A stretch of DNA of 64,000 nucleotides from Mantamonas sphyraenae STR306 (lineage: Eukaryota > Protista > CRuMs): contig JAPMXV010000067.1 of NCBI GenBank assembly GCA_026936335.1, forward strand, positions 329,356 through 393,355, read 5' to 3'. Under the pieces are notes generated by a model. That model did no database searches. It saw nothing but the letters and a program-made list of their open reading frames with translations, and had not been told where the DNA came from. How positions within the stretch are numbered: position 1 is the stretch's first letter; each line of letters opens with the position of its first letter. Of this stretch, positions 27,375-38,938 are shown piece by piece. The translations under genes were made by a program, and so were the position numbers.

Positions 27375-30359
27375 TCATTCGGCGGCCTTCTTCTTGCCCT
27401 TCTTGCCCTTCTTGCCAGGCTTGCCAAGCATGCTGGTGTGACGCGTGGCGGGGCCGAGAACAACGTTGCGCACGCGTGCGCCAAAGTCGAGGCTGCAAAT
27501 CGTCTCGCCAACGTTCGCTGTGGCCGGACTGACGCAAAGGAACATGAGAGTCTTGCTGTCACCTCCGAGAGAGTCTTGCAGAAGGTAGGTGAGCTTGCTG
27601 TTGCGGTAAGGCACGTGGTCCTTCTTGCTCTGCAGAGAGGCAATGACGGTGCCGAGGTTGGACAGCGAGTTGTTGATGGCCGCGGCCTCGACAAGGCGCT
27701 GGCCCTGTGCCTGGGAACGCGACTGGCGTTCGCTGCCTGCCAGATCGACCAGTGTCAGACGGCCGTTTGTCTTGACGCCGCTGATCTTGTTGCGGCTCTC
27801 TGCGCGAACCTGCAGCATGGAGTGCGAACGAGAGCTGCGTGCGTTCATCGAGGTCTCGCCAGTGGTTCGGTTCTCTTCGGCCACGGCGATGAGGTCTTCG
27901 ATCTCCTCCATGGAGGTGACCAAACGCTCGGTGAGGCCCGGCACGTAGTTGCCCGAGGGGCCTTGGCGCACCTCGAGCGTCTTTTCGTCGTCCGAGTCGA
28001 GCAGATCGTGGATTTTCTCGTTGTAGATCTCCAACGAGGCCACGTAGATGTTGTACTCATACTCGTCGGCGCGCTCGGTGGTGAGGTTGAACAGCTCCTC
28101 CAGTGCCTGGAAATTGACGCCGCGAGCGTCCTTGGGACCCATCATGGTGTATGTCTTGCCTGCGCCTGTCTGGCCGTATGCAAAGATGCACACGTTGTAG
28201 CCGTCCAAACACGAGGTGATGGTGGGTGCGGTGTCCTGGTAGACGTCCACCTGGGTGGCCTCGGGACCGTAGACGTTGTCAAACTCGTAGTCCTGGGTGT
28301 CGCCACGCTCGTTGGTGACGCGTACGGTGCTGTCGTCAATGACCTCCACGCCAATGGTGTCGTTCTCCGAGATTTCCTTGTCGTTGAGGCCACGGCAGCG
28401 CAGAAAGACGCGGATGTTGCCGCGCATCTCTTGGATCTTGTTGTACAGCATCTTGCGCTTGAGGTTCTCCGCACGGTACTTGGCCTTGTACATATCCAGG
28501 GCCTTGCCCATGTTCTTGATGACCTTGCCGACCTCCTTCTCGTTTGTGGTAAAGAGGGGCGTAAACTCGGTGATCTGAGTGCGGGTGAGGGCCTTGAGTT
28601 CGTCGTAGTCGGGCTTCAGTTTCTGGTACTCCATCTGCACGGCGCGCACCTTTGTCATGAGGGCAGCCACGGCTCCGGCTTTGTTCTGGGACTCCTCGCG
28701 CTTGGCCGACAGTTCGGCCTTGGTGCTGTCCAGCTGTTCCTGCAACTCGGCGATGGAGGCGTCTCGAGCCTGGATGGTTTCGCGAGCGCTGTCCAGCTCG
28801 TGCTTGGCGTCCGAAAGGGCCGCATCCTTCTCCTGAGCCTCCTTTTGGGCGCTGTCGAGGGCGGCGTCCTTCTCGGCAATGACTGACTGGAAGGAGGCCT
28901 CGCCCTGGGTGCGCATGACTTCCAGCTCCTTGTTGAGTTCTTCCACACGCTCGTTGACGCTCTTGGCCTCGATTTCGGCCTTGCTGCGTGCCTTTTCCGT
29001 CTCCTGCAGGGAGCTCTTTGCCTGCTCAAGCTCGGCGGCCAGACTGGTTGCCTTGGCACGGCTCTTCTCTGCCTCGGAATTGGCTGTGTTGAGATCCTCC
29101 TTGACACTGCGCAGGTCGTTCTCCAGGGTCTGGATGCGCTCCAGACCTGCGTTCTGGCTCTTGCCCAGCTGCGAGGAGGCTGCCTCGAGGCTGTCCAGCT
29201 TGCCCTGAAGGCGGGCCACCTCCTTGGTGGCGTCGTCCAGCTTGCGCTTGAGTTCTGCGTTCTCGCTCTCCATTTCGGACAGCTCGCGCTCGCGCTCCTC
29301 AACCTGCTCCTCCAGCTGCTTGCGGGTGGCAGTGACGCTGGAGGCCGAGTCGAGGCCTTGGTTGCCGAGGCCGGCTTCCTCGAGGGCGACCTGCAGCTCT
29401 TCGACCTGCTCTTCCAGCTGCAGGATCTTCATCTTGTCTTCGTTCATGTCCTTGACGGTGGATTGGCGGGTGAGGCTCTTGCGAAGGTCGACCGGCTCGC
29501 TGCTGCCGGTGTCTTTCCAGGCGTCGGGGAATTTGACCCAGGTGTTGAGTTCTTCGTCGAAAAAGTAGCGGACCTTGACCTCCTCGAAGCCGTAGCAGGT
29601 GGTGTAGGTGTGGCCCTGGGCGTCTGTGTAGGTGCCGTACTCCTCCTCGTCGTCTTCGTCCTCGTCTTCCTCGTCGGCAGCGACAAAGGAGCCGTTCTTG
29701 AGAAGCTCCTCCGGGAACGGCTCCCACTCGCTCTTTTCAAAGTTGATGTAGTAGCGGTTGCCGTCTTCGGCGAGGTAGGTGAAGTATTCGGTGCCGTCGT
29801 TGCTGACAAAGCGGTCGAATTGGATGTCGTTCTGGTCCGTCTCTTCCTCGGCCTCGCGAAGGACGCCTGCGGCTTCCATTTCCTTGGGCAGGGGCTGCCA
29901 AGACATGGACTCGAGATCCTGGTAGTACAGGTCGCCGTCTTCGTTGCGGTAGACTGTGTGTTCGTCGCCGCTGTCCATGGTGAGGACGTAGTAGGTGACG
30001 CTGGGCTCGTGTTCGCTGTCGTGGTTGTCGATCGGCGTGGCCTGCGTGCTTTCTGCGGGAATGCTCATCGTGCTGTTCTTCTGTTGCTTGTTGCTTGGTT
30101 TGTTGTTGTTGGTGGTGGCTTGCGTGTTGTTGCTCTGTGTGCCACTGGATGTGCTTGCGCTGCTTGCTGCTGCGGTGTTGCTGTGCGCAACGGCTTTTTC
30201 AGCCGTTGAACCGGCTTTTCCGGCTTCTCCGCCGCTGGCGGTGTCCTTTGCGCTGTTCTGGCTGGGGTTTTGCTTCTGGTTTGTTTCCGGGTTTGTTTGC
30301 GGGGTGTTCTTGTTTGTGGTCGAGGTGTTGCTAGTGTTCTTGCTTGTTCCGCAACCCAT
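27375..30359 (-). CDS. Kinesin-14 (C-terminal motor) with MGCGTSK acylation motif, three aromatic repeats and a coiled coil; intronless
   Basis: Neck RKMLYNKIQEMRGNIRVFLRCR, GQTGAGKT, NARSSRSH, DLAGSER, HVPYRNSKLT. Confidence 0.93.
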   Translation of the reverse strand: MGCGTSKNTSNTSTTNKNTPQTNPETNQKQNPSQNSAKDTASGGEAGKAGSTAEKAVAHSNTAAASSASTSSGTQSNNTQATTNNNKPSNKQQKNSTMSIPAESTQATPIDNHDSEHEPSVTYYVLTMDSGDEHTVYRNEDGDLYYQDLESMSWQPLPKEMEAAGVLREAEEETDQNDIQFDRFVSNDGTEYFTYLAEDGNRYYINFEKSEWEPFPEELLKNGSFVAADEEDEDEDDEEEYGTYTDAQGHTYTTCYGFEEVKVRYFFDEELNTWVKFPDAWKDTGSSEPVDLRKSLTRQSTVKDMNEDKMKILQLEEQVEELQVALEEAGLGNQGLDSASSVTATRKQLEEQVEERERELSEMESENAELKRKLDDATKEVARLQGKLDSLEAASSQLGKSQNAGLERIQTLENDLRSVKEDLNTANSEAEKSRAKATSLAAELEQAKSSLQETEKARSKAEIEAKSVNERVEELNKELEVMRTQGEASFQSVIAEKDAALDSAQKEAQEKDAALSDAKHELDSARETIQARDASIAELQEQLDSTKAELSAKREESQNKAGAVAALMTKVRAVQMEYQKLKPDYDELKALTRTQITEFTPLFTTNEKEVGKVIKNMGKALDMYKAKYRAENLKRKMLYNKIQEMRGNIRVFLRCRGLNDKEISENDTIGVEVIDDSTVRVTNERGDTQDYEFDNVYGPEATQVDVYQDTAPTITSCLDGYNVCIFAYGQTGAGKTYTMMGPKDARGVNFQALEELFNLTTERADEYEYNIYVASLEIYNEKIHDLLDSDDEKTLEVRQGPSGNYVPGLTERLVTSMEEIEDLIAVAEENRTTGETSMNARSSRSHSMLQVRAESRNKISGVKTNGRLTLVDLAGSERQSRSQAQGQRLVEAAAINNSLSNLGTVIASLQSKKDHVPYRNSKLTYLLQDSLGGDSKTLMFLCVSPATANVGETICSLDFGARVRNVVLGPATRHTSMLGKPGKKGKKGKKKAAE

Positions 30360-30685
30360 GCAGGGGCTGGTTTGTCGACGTGGGTGAAATCTGGGCCGCT
30401 GTGCGGCTGAAAAGACGTTTAGCTTGAAGGGCTAAAAGGAGGGCAGCAGGCTCAGGGTGTGCTGCGTTCGACTCGGCGCTCTAAAGCTGGCACGGAGTAG
30501 AGAGGTGTGCAATGAATAATGCGATGGCGGGGCCGTGGTTTTGAGACGCTGCGGGCACAGGGGAGGGGACTCCGGAGCAGGTGACGGCAAACGGGTATGC
30601 GATGGGCGAGTGAACGCGATGTGCGCATGCAGATGCAAAGCAAGGAACGCATCGATTCGAGTGCTACAGATCTGAGAGAGCACAC

Positions 30686-33199
30686 ATGACGACGCGCAGG
30701 ATCAAAGCATCGACGCTGGCAGCTAACGGGCGACTGCCTGTGGCGAGCGGCAACAAGGGACACGGCGGAGGCAAGAGCGGGCCGAACGACGACGACGGCG
30801 GGGCAGGACACATGGTGGGCGCAAACGACATGGGAGGGCAAACAGCAGCGTCAGCATCCAAGGACGCAGGCGCTCTGAATGGCAACTGGAGCAACGTGGG
30901 GCTGGGTGGCGTGTTTTCGGCCGTCTACGGCGATGTCTCGTTGCGCGACGAGGTGATTCACGACCTGTACATGGCACGGTGTCGCGATGTGGGCGAATTG
31001 GCAAACAACGACGCCATGAAGGGGTTCAAGGACCATGTGGCCACGCACTGCAAAGGTGGGTAGAGTGGGAGAGCGCGGTGGGGCCGGTGAACGCGAACGG
31101 CTCAACGGCTAGCGCGGCGTGGATGAGGAAGGAGACGCGCGTAGCACGGACACACGATGCACCACGGAGTAGACACTGACACGTCGAGGTGCACACACAC
31201 ACACACACACACACATGCTTGGACGGTGCTGGTACAACCCCCAATGGATGGGTGGGCATGACTTGGGACTCTGGCTGCTGCAACGAACACACAGGCACGG
31301 AGATCCACCTGCGTGGCTCACGACTGGGGTCACAGTGTGCCATTGTGCTGGCACGCAACTGCAAGGCGGACAAGTTGACGCACGTGGACCTGCATGCAAA
31401 CTGTACGTGGGTGAGGGGCGGCGCAGGGCAGGGTTGGAACGAGAGCGCGACATGCTGACACACCCCGTGTATATATCTCAGTTATGAGCGATGCAGGTGT
31501 AGAGGCACTTGTGGAGTTGATGAAGGACAACGGCCACATCCGACACATGAACATCGGGTGCAACGGGATCCGGACAAAGGGCGGGATGCTGCTTGCTGAC
31601 CTGCTGAAGGCAAACACGACGCTGCGGTCGCTGGAACTGGGTGTGGAGCACGAAGAGAGGTATGCAAACAAGATCGAGAACAGTGGAAGCCACGCGATCA
31701 TCAAAGCACTGCGGTACAACACGACGCTGCGGTCGCTGGGCCTGAACAAGAATGAGATGTCGACAGACAACGATAAGGAGCGACAGGCGTACCACACACT
31801 GGCCAAGGTGCTGCGTGCACACAACAACACGCTGAGTGCGCTGCGGCTGGGTCGCACGGATCTGGGCACAACGGGAGGCGTGGAGATTGTGGAGGCGCTG
31901 AACAAGAACACAGGCATCCAGCAACTGGATTTGCACAACAACAACATGGGAGCCGAAGTGGGCAAGGCTGCAGGGTACATGTTGCAGTACAACAGGACGC
32001 TCTTCAATCTGTCGATGGCACACAACAACGTGGGCGTTCGCGGATGCAAAGCCATCGGCAATGCATTGCGCGTGAACGAGACTCTGGCTGTGCTGGACCT
32101 GGAGAACAATGGCATGGGCAACCCAGGCGTGCTGGAGATCGCGGAGGCCCTGGAGACAAACCGTACTCTGACGATGTTGAACCTGAGCAACAACGGGTTT
32201 GACACGGAGGGCGGCAATGCGCTGGCGGAAGCGGTGCTGGTGAACGATGTGCTGATCTCGCTGAAAATCAACGGGAATGAGCTGCGAGACGAGACGGCGT
32301 GCGCGTTTGCATTTACGGTGTCGCAGAATTCTGTGCTGCTGCATCTGGAAATGAGCAGGTGCAAAGTGGGCGACACGGGCGCGTTGGATCTGGCCAGCGC
32401 GTTGGAGGTGAACGACACGCTCCTGACGCTGAAGCTGGCGGGCAACTACGTGACGGACCATGCTGGAAAGGTGCTCACGGAGTCGCTGAAGCAGAACAGG
32501 AGAGTCCGGCTGGTGGAACTGTCGGGCAACCAAATCGACCACACACACATGTTGATCACAAAGCGCATCTGTCAGAGGAATCGGGAGCTGGCCAAGAATG
32601 CCAAGGCAGCCCCGTTGTTGCGGAAGATCATGCGGCTGACGCACGAGCTGAGTGCGCTGTCGGAGACGGAATCAAAGCTGCAGAAGGAGCGGATGACGTG
32701 TTTGCAGCACCGTGAAGAGATCAACAACATCGAGGAAGCGATGGAGATCCTCAAGATTGACCAGGCAAAGCAGGAGGAACAACTGCGGTTGCAATTGGAG
32801 AACCAGGCCAAGTTTACACAGGACGCCATTGCGGCCAACGCAGATCGGGTCAACGACCTGAAGACGCTGGAGGAGGAGAGTGAGCAGAAGCTGAAGGAGA
32901 TCAGCGAGTCGATCGAAGAACAGGTACAGATGCGAAACTACTACACGGAACGGGCTGAGAAGCTGGAGGCACAGCTGGAGAGCATGAAGGAGGCACTGCC
33001 ACGCACGGTGGAGGAGCTGGAAAAGAAGATTGAGGCGGTGAAGGAAGAGCGTGCCAAGTTTGAGGAAATGGGCAAAGAGCGCCGTGCGCGACTCGCTGAG
33101 GAGGCCGCCAAGGCAGAGGAGGCGCGTGCAGCACGGTCGCGCAGGCGAGGGCGACGTGGACGGTCTCGCACGTCGGGGCGACGCACACGGAACACGTGA
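30686..33199 (+). CDS. RNI-type (28-aa) LRR protein with C-terminal coiled coil (LRRC45/NLRC3-like architecture); two introns
   Basis: About 13 repeats of NxTLxxLxLxxNxxGxxG; N-cap LYMARCRDVG; introns ~31036-31293 and ~31403-31480; heptad-rich tail. Confidence 0.8.
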
Positions 33200-33367
33200 G
33201 GCGGGGAAAGTGTTTGCGGCCGCTTTGGCAAAGGAAAATCCGCATCGATGTCCAAGCGAAAAGCCGAGCAGGAGGCACTGACGACGCATGTGAAGAGGGT
33301 GGAAACCATTTTGGAGAATGTACAAACGTCAAAGGGAGGCACGGAGAAGCTTGCACGGCTGCTGAAG

Positions 33368-35088
33368 ATGGAAGGTGTGTTGTTTTGGGGCGGGCAAGGG
33401 TGAAGCGCGCGGAAACGGTCGGTTCGCGCGTGGGCTGACACGGCGAGGTGGCAAACGCAGGGTTTGTGGACGAGCTGCTTGCATGGACAGAAGCCAGCCA
33501 CCTGGCAGCAAACAAGGGTGTGTTCCTGGTGAAGAAGGCGATCTGGGACAAGGGGTTGGGACGGGAGTTGATGAAAGCGGTGCGAGCGAGCGGGAAGTTT
33601 GAACCAAGCATTGCGGAGCGGCTGTTTACGGTGCTGCAATTTGTGCTGCAGACCAAAAAGTCGACGGCCGAGATCCTGAACGAGAATGTGGTCGTGGATC
33701 TACTGCAGCTGGCAAGCAAAGAGCACGAGAACAAGGAACTGGGCAAACTCGCTGTGGCAGCGCTGCAGATGGCAGCGCAGCAGAGCGCAGATCTGTGCTA
33801 CGAAATGTGCAGCCACCCAGAGCTGATGGTTCAGGTGCAGCGTCGCATGGAGGCAGAGGATAAGCAGTTGGTGCGCTGGCTGGGGCTGGTGCAAACGGTG
33901 GCGCAGGTGGGCGGCCAGGAATGTTTGGAGCCGCTGATGGAAGCAAACACAGGGGAACATGGAGACCAGCTTCTGGTGGGCATGTTGCAGCTGTTGAGTG
34001 CAGAGGAGTCGTTGAGTCTGGTGCAGGAGGTGCTTGCGACGCTGCGGAGTCTGGTGAACAACTCTACACAGGCGGTGGCGTCGATGAAGCACCTGGACAC
34101 ACATGGGATGCTAATGCGTCTGGACCAGGACATGCAAGATCTGATTGCGGCTGGCGTGCAGGTGGCAGACGCGCGGCGTGTTCAGAACGGAATCGAGGCG
34201 GTGCTGCAAGACAGCGGGATCAAATTGCAGGTGTACGACGAAGAGAGTGCGGCGCTGAAGCTGCAGTCTGTGTACAGGTCACATCGAGTGCGGCAGGAAC
34301 TGGCAAAGGAGGAGGAAAAGCGCCACGCGGCCGCAAGAACGATCCAAAGGCGAACGCGCGGCCTGCTTGCGAGGCGAGCAATGGATGAACGGCGGCAGGA
34401 CGACGCATTGGACCAGGAGAGGAGGAAGCACGAACGGGCAATTGCAAAGCAGGAGCATCGGTTGCGGGAGCTTGAAACGATGCCATCGTCACAGGTGTCT
34501 GCATGGAAAGGCATGCAGACACACCTGACGGTGATGCGTGTGCAAGCACACTGGCGAGGGTTGGTGCAGCGGCGCAAATACCGGGAGATGCGAGCGCAGG
34601 AACGGGAGAGGAAACGGCACGAAAAGGCAAAGGCCATTCAGCGCACGTTTCGGGAGCACAGGAAGCGCACACAGCTGCGGATGGCGATGCAGCAGCTGAG
34701 TCAACCAAAGATGATGGCACGTGCAACTGTGCGTGCTCACCAAGACAGAATCCTTGTGCAGCGTAACCTGAGGAACCACCACACGGAAGATGATTATTAT
34801 GCGTCGCTGGCGCAGCTGAAACGCAAGGTGGCTGCCAACGAGAGCGCACGGATCCAGCAGCTGATTGGGGCGCAACGACGCAAGAATGCCATGGAAGAGC
34901 TGGACAAGGATGTGGAGGCTCTGCACACGGTGACGTCGCTTGAAAACCTGTCGCTTGCAGACCTGGACACCATAGTGTCGAGCATGCCGTCTGTGCACGC
35001 TGTGGACGACGAATCGCGACTGGACTTTGAAAACAGGTTGGAGTTTGTGCGCATGAGCCACGCACGGCATCGGTATGCGGATGTGTGA
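33368..35088 (+). CDS. IQCB1: IQCB1/NPHP5-like ARM-repeat plus IQ-motif transition-zone protein; intron 33375-33460
   Basis: Helical N-terminal half; IQ motifs LQSVYRSHRVR, IQRRTRGLLAR, VQAHWRGLVQR, IQRTFR; LRELETMPSSQV precedes the third IQ, as recalled for IQCB1. Confidence 0.7.
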
Positions 35089-35133
35089 GCAAATGGGGGG
35101 GGGGGGCAAATGAAGGTGGGGCATCCAGTCAGT

Positions 35134-38100
35134 TCATTTCCATGCGTGGGTGCGACCCTTGCTGCTGTGCCGCAGCGAAGAGGAAGAGGAGGAGGAGGAA
35201 GAGGAAGGACGAGTTTGGCGCCTGGGACTGCGAGGCGCAGGGACGCTGCTTTCGCCAAAGAGGAAGCCAACTTTGATGCTCTGGACGACGTCTTGCTCGT
35301 CGTCGTCGTCGTCGGAGGAATCGTCATCGGAACCGTCGTCCGAGGTGTCCGAGTCAAGGGCAGAGTCTGAGTCGTTGCTGTGGCGACGCTTGTGCGAGGT
35401 GTAGTGTACATGCGGGGCAGCAGGTGCAGCAGCAGGGGCAGCGGACTGCTGCTGCTGCTGTTGCGTAGGCTTTGCTTCTGCAGGCTGCTTAGGCTGGTCT
35501 GCGTTGCGTAGCTGCTCGAGCTCGCGCTTGATCTCCTTGAGCTCGTCCTTGTCGTGGCGAAGGAGCACATCCTTCTCCGCAGTGGCAATGTACTGCATGC
35601 GCATGTTTTCCAGCTCCTCCTTTTCGCGGCGGACCTCTGCGCGCTCGTGGCGCTCGAGGCGGACACGCAAGGAAGAGATCTCCTGGAGAGCTCTGGTGAG
35701 TTTGTCTTTGTACAGTTGGCGGCCTTCGTTGGCCTCGGCAAGCTTTGTGTGGAGCATGTCGTTGGCAGCCTTCAGGCGTGCGAGTTCGGTCTGCAGCTCG
35801 ATGCTTGGGTTGAGGTCGACGGTGGCCTTGCGTTGGGATGCGCGGAAGCGTTCATAGTCAGCTTCGACATCATTGAGGCGAGACTCGGTTTTGACGAGCT
35901 TCTCGCGCAGGGTTGCCCTTTCGGCCTGGAGCTCGCTGACTCGGCCGCGCTCGAGGGTGACCTTGTGTTGAAAGTCATCACGGATGCGCTTGGCGACCTG
36001 GGTCAGTTCAAACACCTTTTGGTCTTGATCATGCTTCATGTTGTCTGCGCGTCGATTCAGCCTTGCCTCGAGCGCCTCGAGATCCTGGGCTTTCTTCTCC
36101 ACAGCAGCCATGGCGCTCTTGAGCTTCTCCTCCATGCTTGCGTGCTTGCTCTTCCACTGCTTGTGGGCACTCTCGCGCTCCAGCTCACGCTTTTTCCATT
36201 CCTCGCGCAGAGTCTTCATGAGTTCGGCCTCGCGTGCCTGCAGGCCGTCGAGAAACTCGAGTCGCTGGCGCTCCTTCCAGCGCTCGACCTGCACCTTGGC
36301 CTTCTTCTCTGCTTGTTTGATGTTGAACAGCGCCTCTTGTTCCTTGATTTCTGCCTGCTGCTTGGCAAAGTACTCCTGGGCGAGCAGAGGGAGGCGCATC
36401 TTGCCGTCACTGCTCATGGTTTGCCACTTTGGGCCGAAACGCACATTGGATTGGCCGGCCTGGGCCTGGAAGGGTTGCTGCGCGTGTTCTTGATGTCTGG
36501 TTTGCTCGTAGAGAGGTACAGGTGGGATCTTGGGTTGTTTGTGGTGCCTTTGGTGCTTGTGGTCGCGTGGTGAGGAGGGGATGTCGGCGGTAGATGAGGA
36601 TGAAGAGGTCGCGGTGTTGTCTTGCTTGCCCGTGCCGTGCGACTGCTTGGGTCGCTTTTGCTTTTGCTTGCCTCTGCGATCAGAGGAAGCAGCTGTGGCG
36701 TTTTTCTTGGACGCTCTGTGTTCTGCGCGAGCTTGGGCGCCGTAGAAGCTGTCTTCGAGATGGAGGGAGTTCATGGAGTCGCCCAGCGGGAGGTTGCGGG
36801 AGCGGGGATTGTCTCCCATGATGCCACAGTCCTCAAGGCACAAGGTGACGGTGAGAGAACCGATGCTGCGAGGAGTTTGAAGGTCGGCAAGGTCGCCGCT
36901 GTAGGCGGCAATGCTGACTTCTGTCTGGACCATCTGCATGGAGAGGGCAGGCGGGCGGTCGATGGACTGATCGAGGGCGACGGGAGGGAGGGCGGGCGAA
37001 CGGAGAACCTCGGCGAGGCTGATTGTGGCAAGGCCGATGCGTTGGTTGGGGCGGTAGTTGTCAGGGTCTTTGTGGATGACCTCGACAATGAGGGGGACCT
37101 CGACGAGAGTCTGCAAGAACTCGTTGGGGTGCATGGCAAATTCAAAGGCACAGTAGCCGTTGTTGATGGGTGTGGTGCTGTTGTGACCGTTGGTGAGGGC
37201 GGCGGGAGGTTGAGCCATCACCGAGGTGGCGGTGCCAAAGTTGGGGTATGTGTAGCGGCAAAAGAGGTTGAGAGCATGCGGGGCTCCATGGGCGGCCAGA
37301 TCGTTGATGGATTGGAGCTCAATGGCATACTGAAAGTGGCGAAGACCCTTTGCGCGGTGCCAGGTTGGCGCCTGAAGCTGCGGGGTATCTTCTTGATCTT
37401 GGAGGTGGTCGTCATCGTCATCGTCATCGTCGTCGTCATGGTCGTGTGCGGAGGCGGGAGCAGAGGAAGAGTGCCTTAGCTGGCTGCTCTGCAGTTGGTT
37501 GTGCTCCTGGTCGACGGCAAAGGAGAAGGCCGAACCGTCGGTGCTGGAGGAGGTGGAAGAGGCGTTGAGCTTGGTCCACTCGTCGCTGGCAAAAGGAGAG
37601 GCGTTGTCCTTGCGTGCGAGGTGGAGGTTGATGGAGATGGAGGACTGGCGCGGGTTGGAGGAGTTGGTGAGGATCGAGGTGGGCTGGTCGTCCGAGTTGT
37701 GAACGGGTGGTTGGAGAGTCCAGGTGCCGTGGAGGCGCTGGTCGTCGAGGAGGACGTCCAACGGAAGCACAGCGACAGCGAGGACACGCGAGTCTTGCTT
37801 GAGGTTGATGCAGAGGCCGTTGGACGGGGAAAGGGAAGCAAAGTAGGCGCGAAGCTCGCGAGGCGAAGAGCGCATGGTGACGTGCATGTTCTGAGGCGTG
37901 CTGAATTGAATGCTCTTGCTGAGTTCAGAAAACTCTGTGCTGTGCATCTCGTGGCCGGCAAACTGGACGGCGAGATGAAAGGGACGGTTGCCGCGGGCTC
38001 CGCCGATTTTGTCTGCTTGATGCACCTCTGTGATGTCCAGGGAGAATGAGAATGCCTCGACGCCACGACCAATCTGTACAATGGTGCTGGGCCCCGTGCT

Positions 38101-38827
38101 CATGGTGCTGAGCTCGGTGACATCTTCGTTGCTCCAGTCTGAGTCGTAGTCGTCGTCGTCGTCGTCGTCGTCGTTATTGTCGTCGTCGTCTGCAGCGTCC
38201 TTTGCACTGCGGCTGCTGCTGCTTCCCCTGGACGGCCCATTGGTGGATGTGTGTGTTGTACCGTGCGTCATGCTGTTGCTGCCGACCTCTTCCTGAGACT
38301 CGGCGCGATCTTCGGCAGTGCTCTGCGCGCCAAAAAATCCAAACGGATCGTCAGCGGAAACGGCCGGGGCGCGGGGAACAGGCAGGGGAGGATGCGCAGA
38401 CACAGAGTTTGTCACTCACCTCGCGCAATTCAAACTTGATCTTGATCTGGGGAGTCTCGCGCTCCTTGCTGCGCTCGAGCTTGTACCAGCGCGCACTGGT
38501 GTTGTTCTTGGCGTTGAGCTCGGCAGAGCGGATGTCCAGCCGCAGGCCACCGAGGGTGCGCTTGGCGGTGGTGCTCTCGGGTTCGGCGAGCTTGAGGGCC
38601 ACGCAGTCGACTCGGATCTGCTCGTTGCTGCTCTTGAGCTTCTTGAGCTGTGCGCGGGACAAGTGCCATCGGAGCGGCTGTGATTTCCAGCTCGGGGTAG
38701 AGGAATCCACGGGCCTCGTCTGCTTTGTCTGGCCATTGAAAGTTAGTTGCAAGGCCATGCCGTGGTTGGCAATACGGGGAAAGCTCTGGCCGCCCACTGC
38801 GCGGAATTCGAGAGTGAGTTCGGCCAT
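35134..38827 (-). CDS. CEP120: CEP120-like centriolar protein (three C2 domains plus coiled coil); intron 38323-38419
   Basis: C2A GQSFPR...LRLDIRSA..ARWYKL; C2C RHFQYAIELQSI..RYTYPNFG..NGYCAFEFA..VPLIVEVIHKD; coiled coil with ERWKERQ and EEWKKRELERE. Confidence 0.88.
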
Positions 38828-38938
38828 GGGCAGTCTGATGATGATTTTGTTGGATCCCAGGGTGCTTGGAGAGCAGCAGATTCTTCATTGCGTGTTTGCA
38901 AAGGTGTTTCACTCCTCTCTCTCTCTCTTTCACCCAGC

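Noticed and set aside
31190-31215. (CA)n, (GA)n and (TG)n tracts (also ~2334-2368, ~4992-5018, ~8533-8548)
   Set aside because: Ordinary intronic or intergenic microsatellites.
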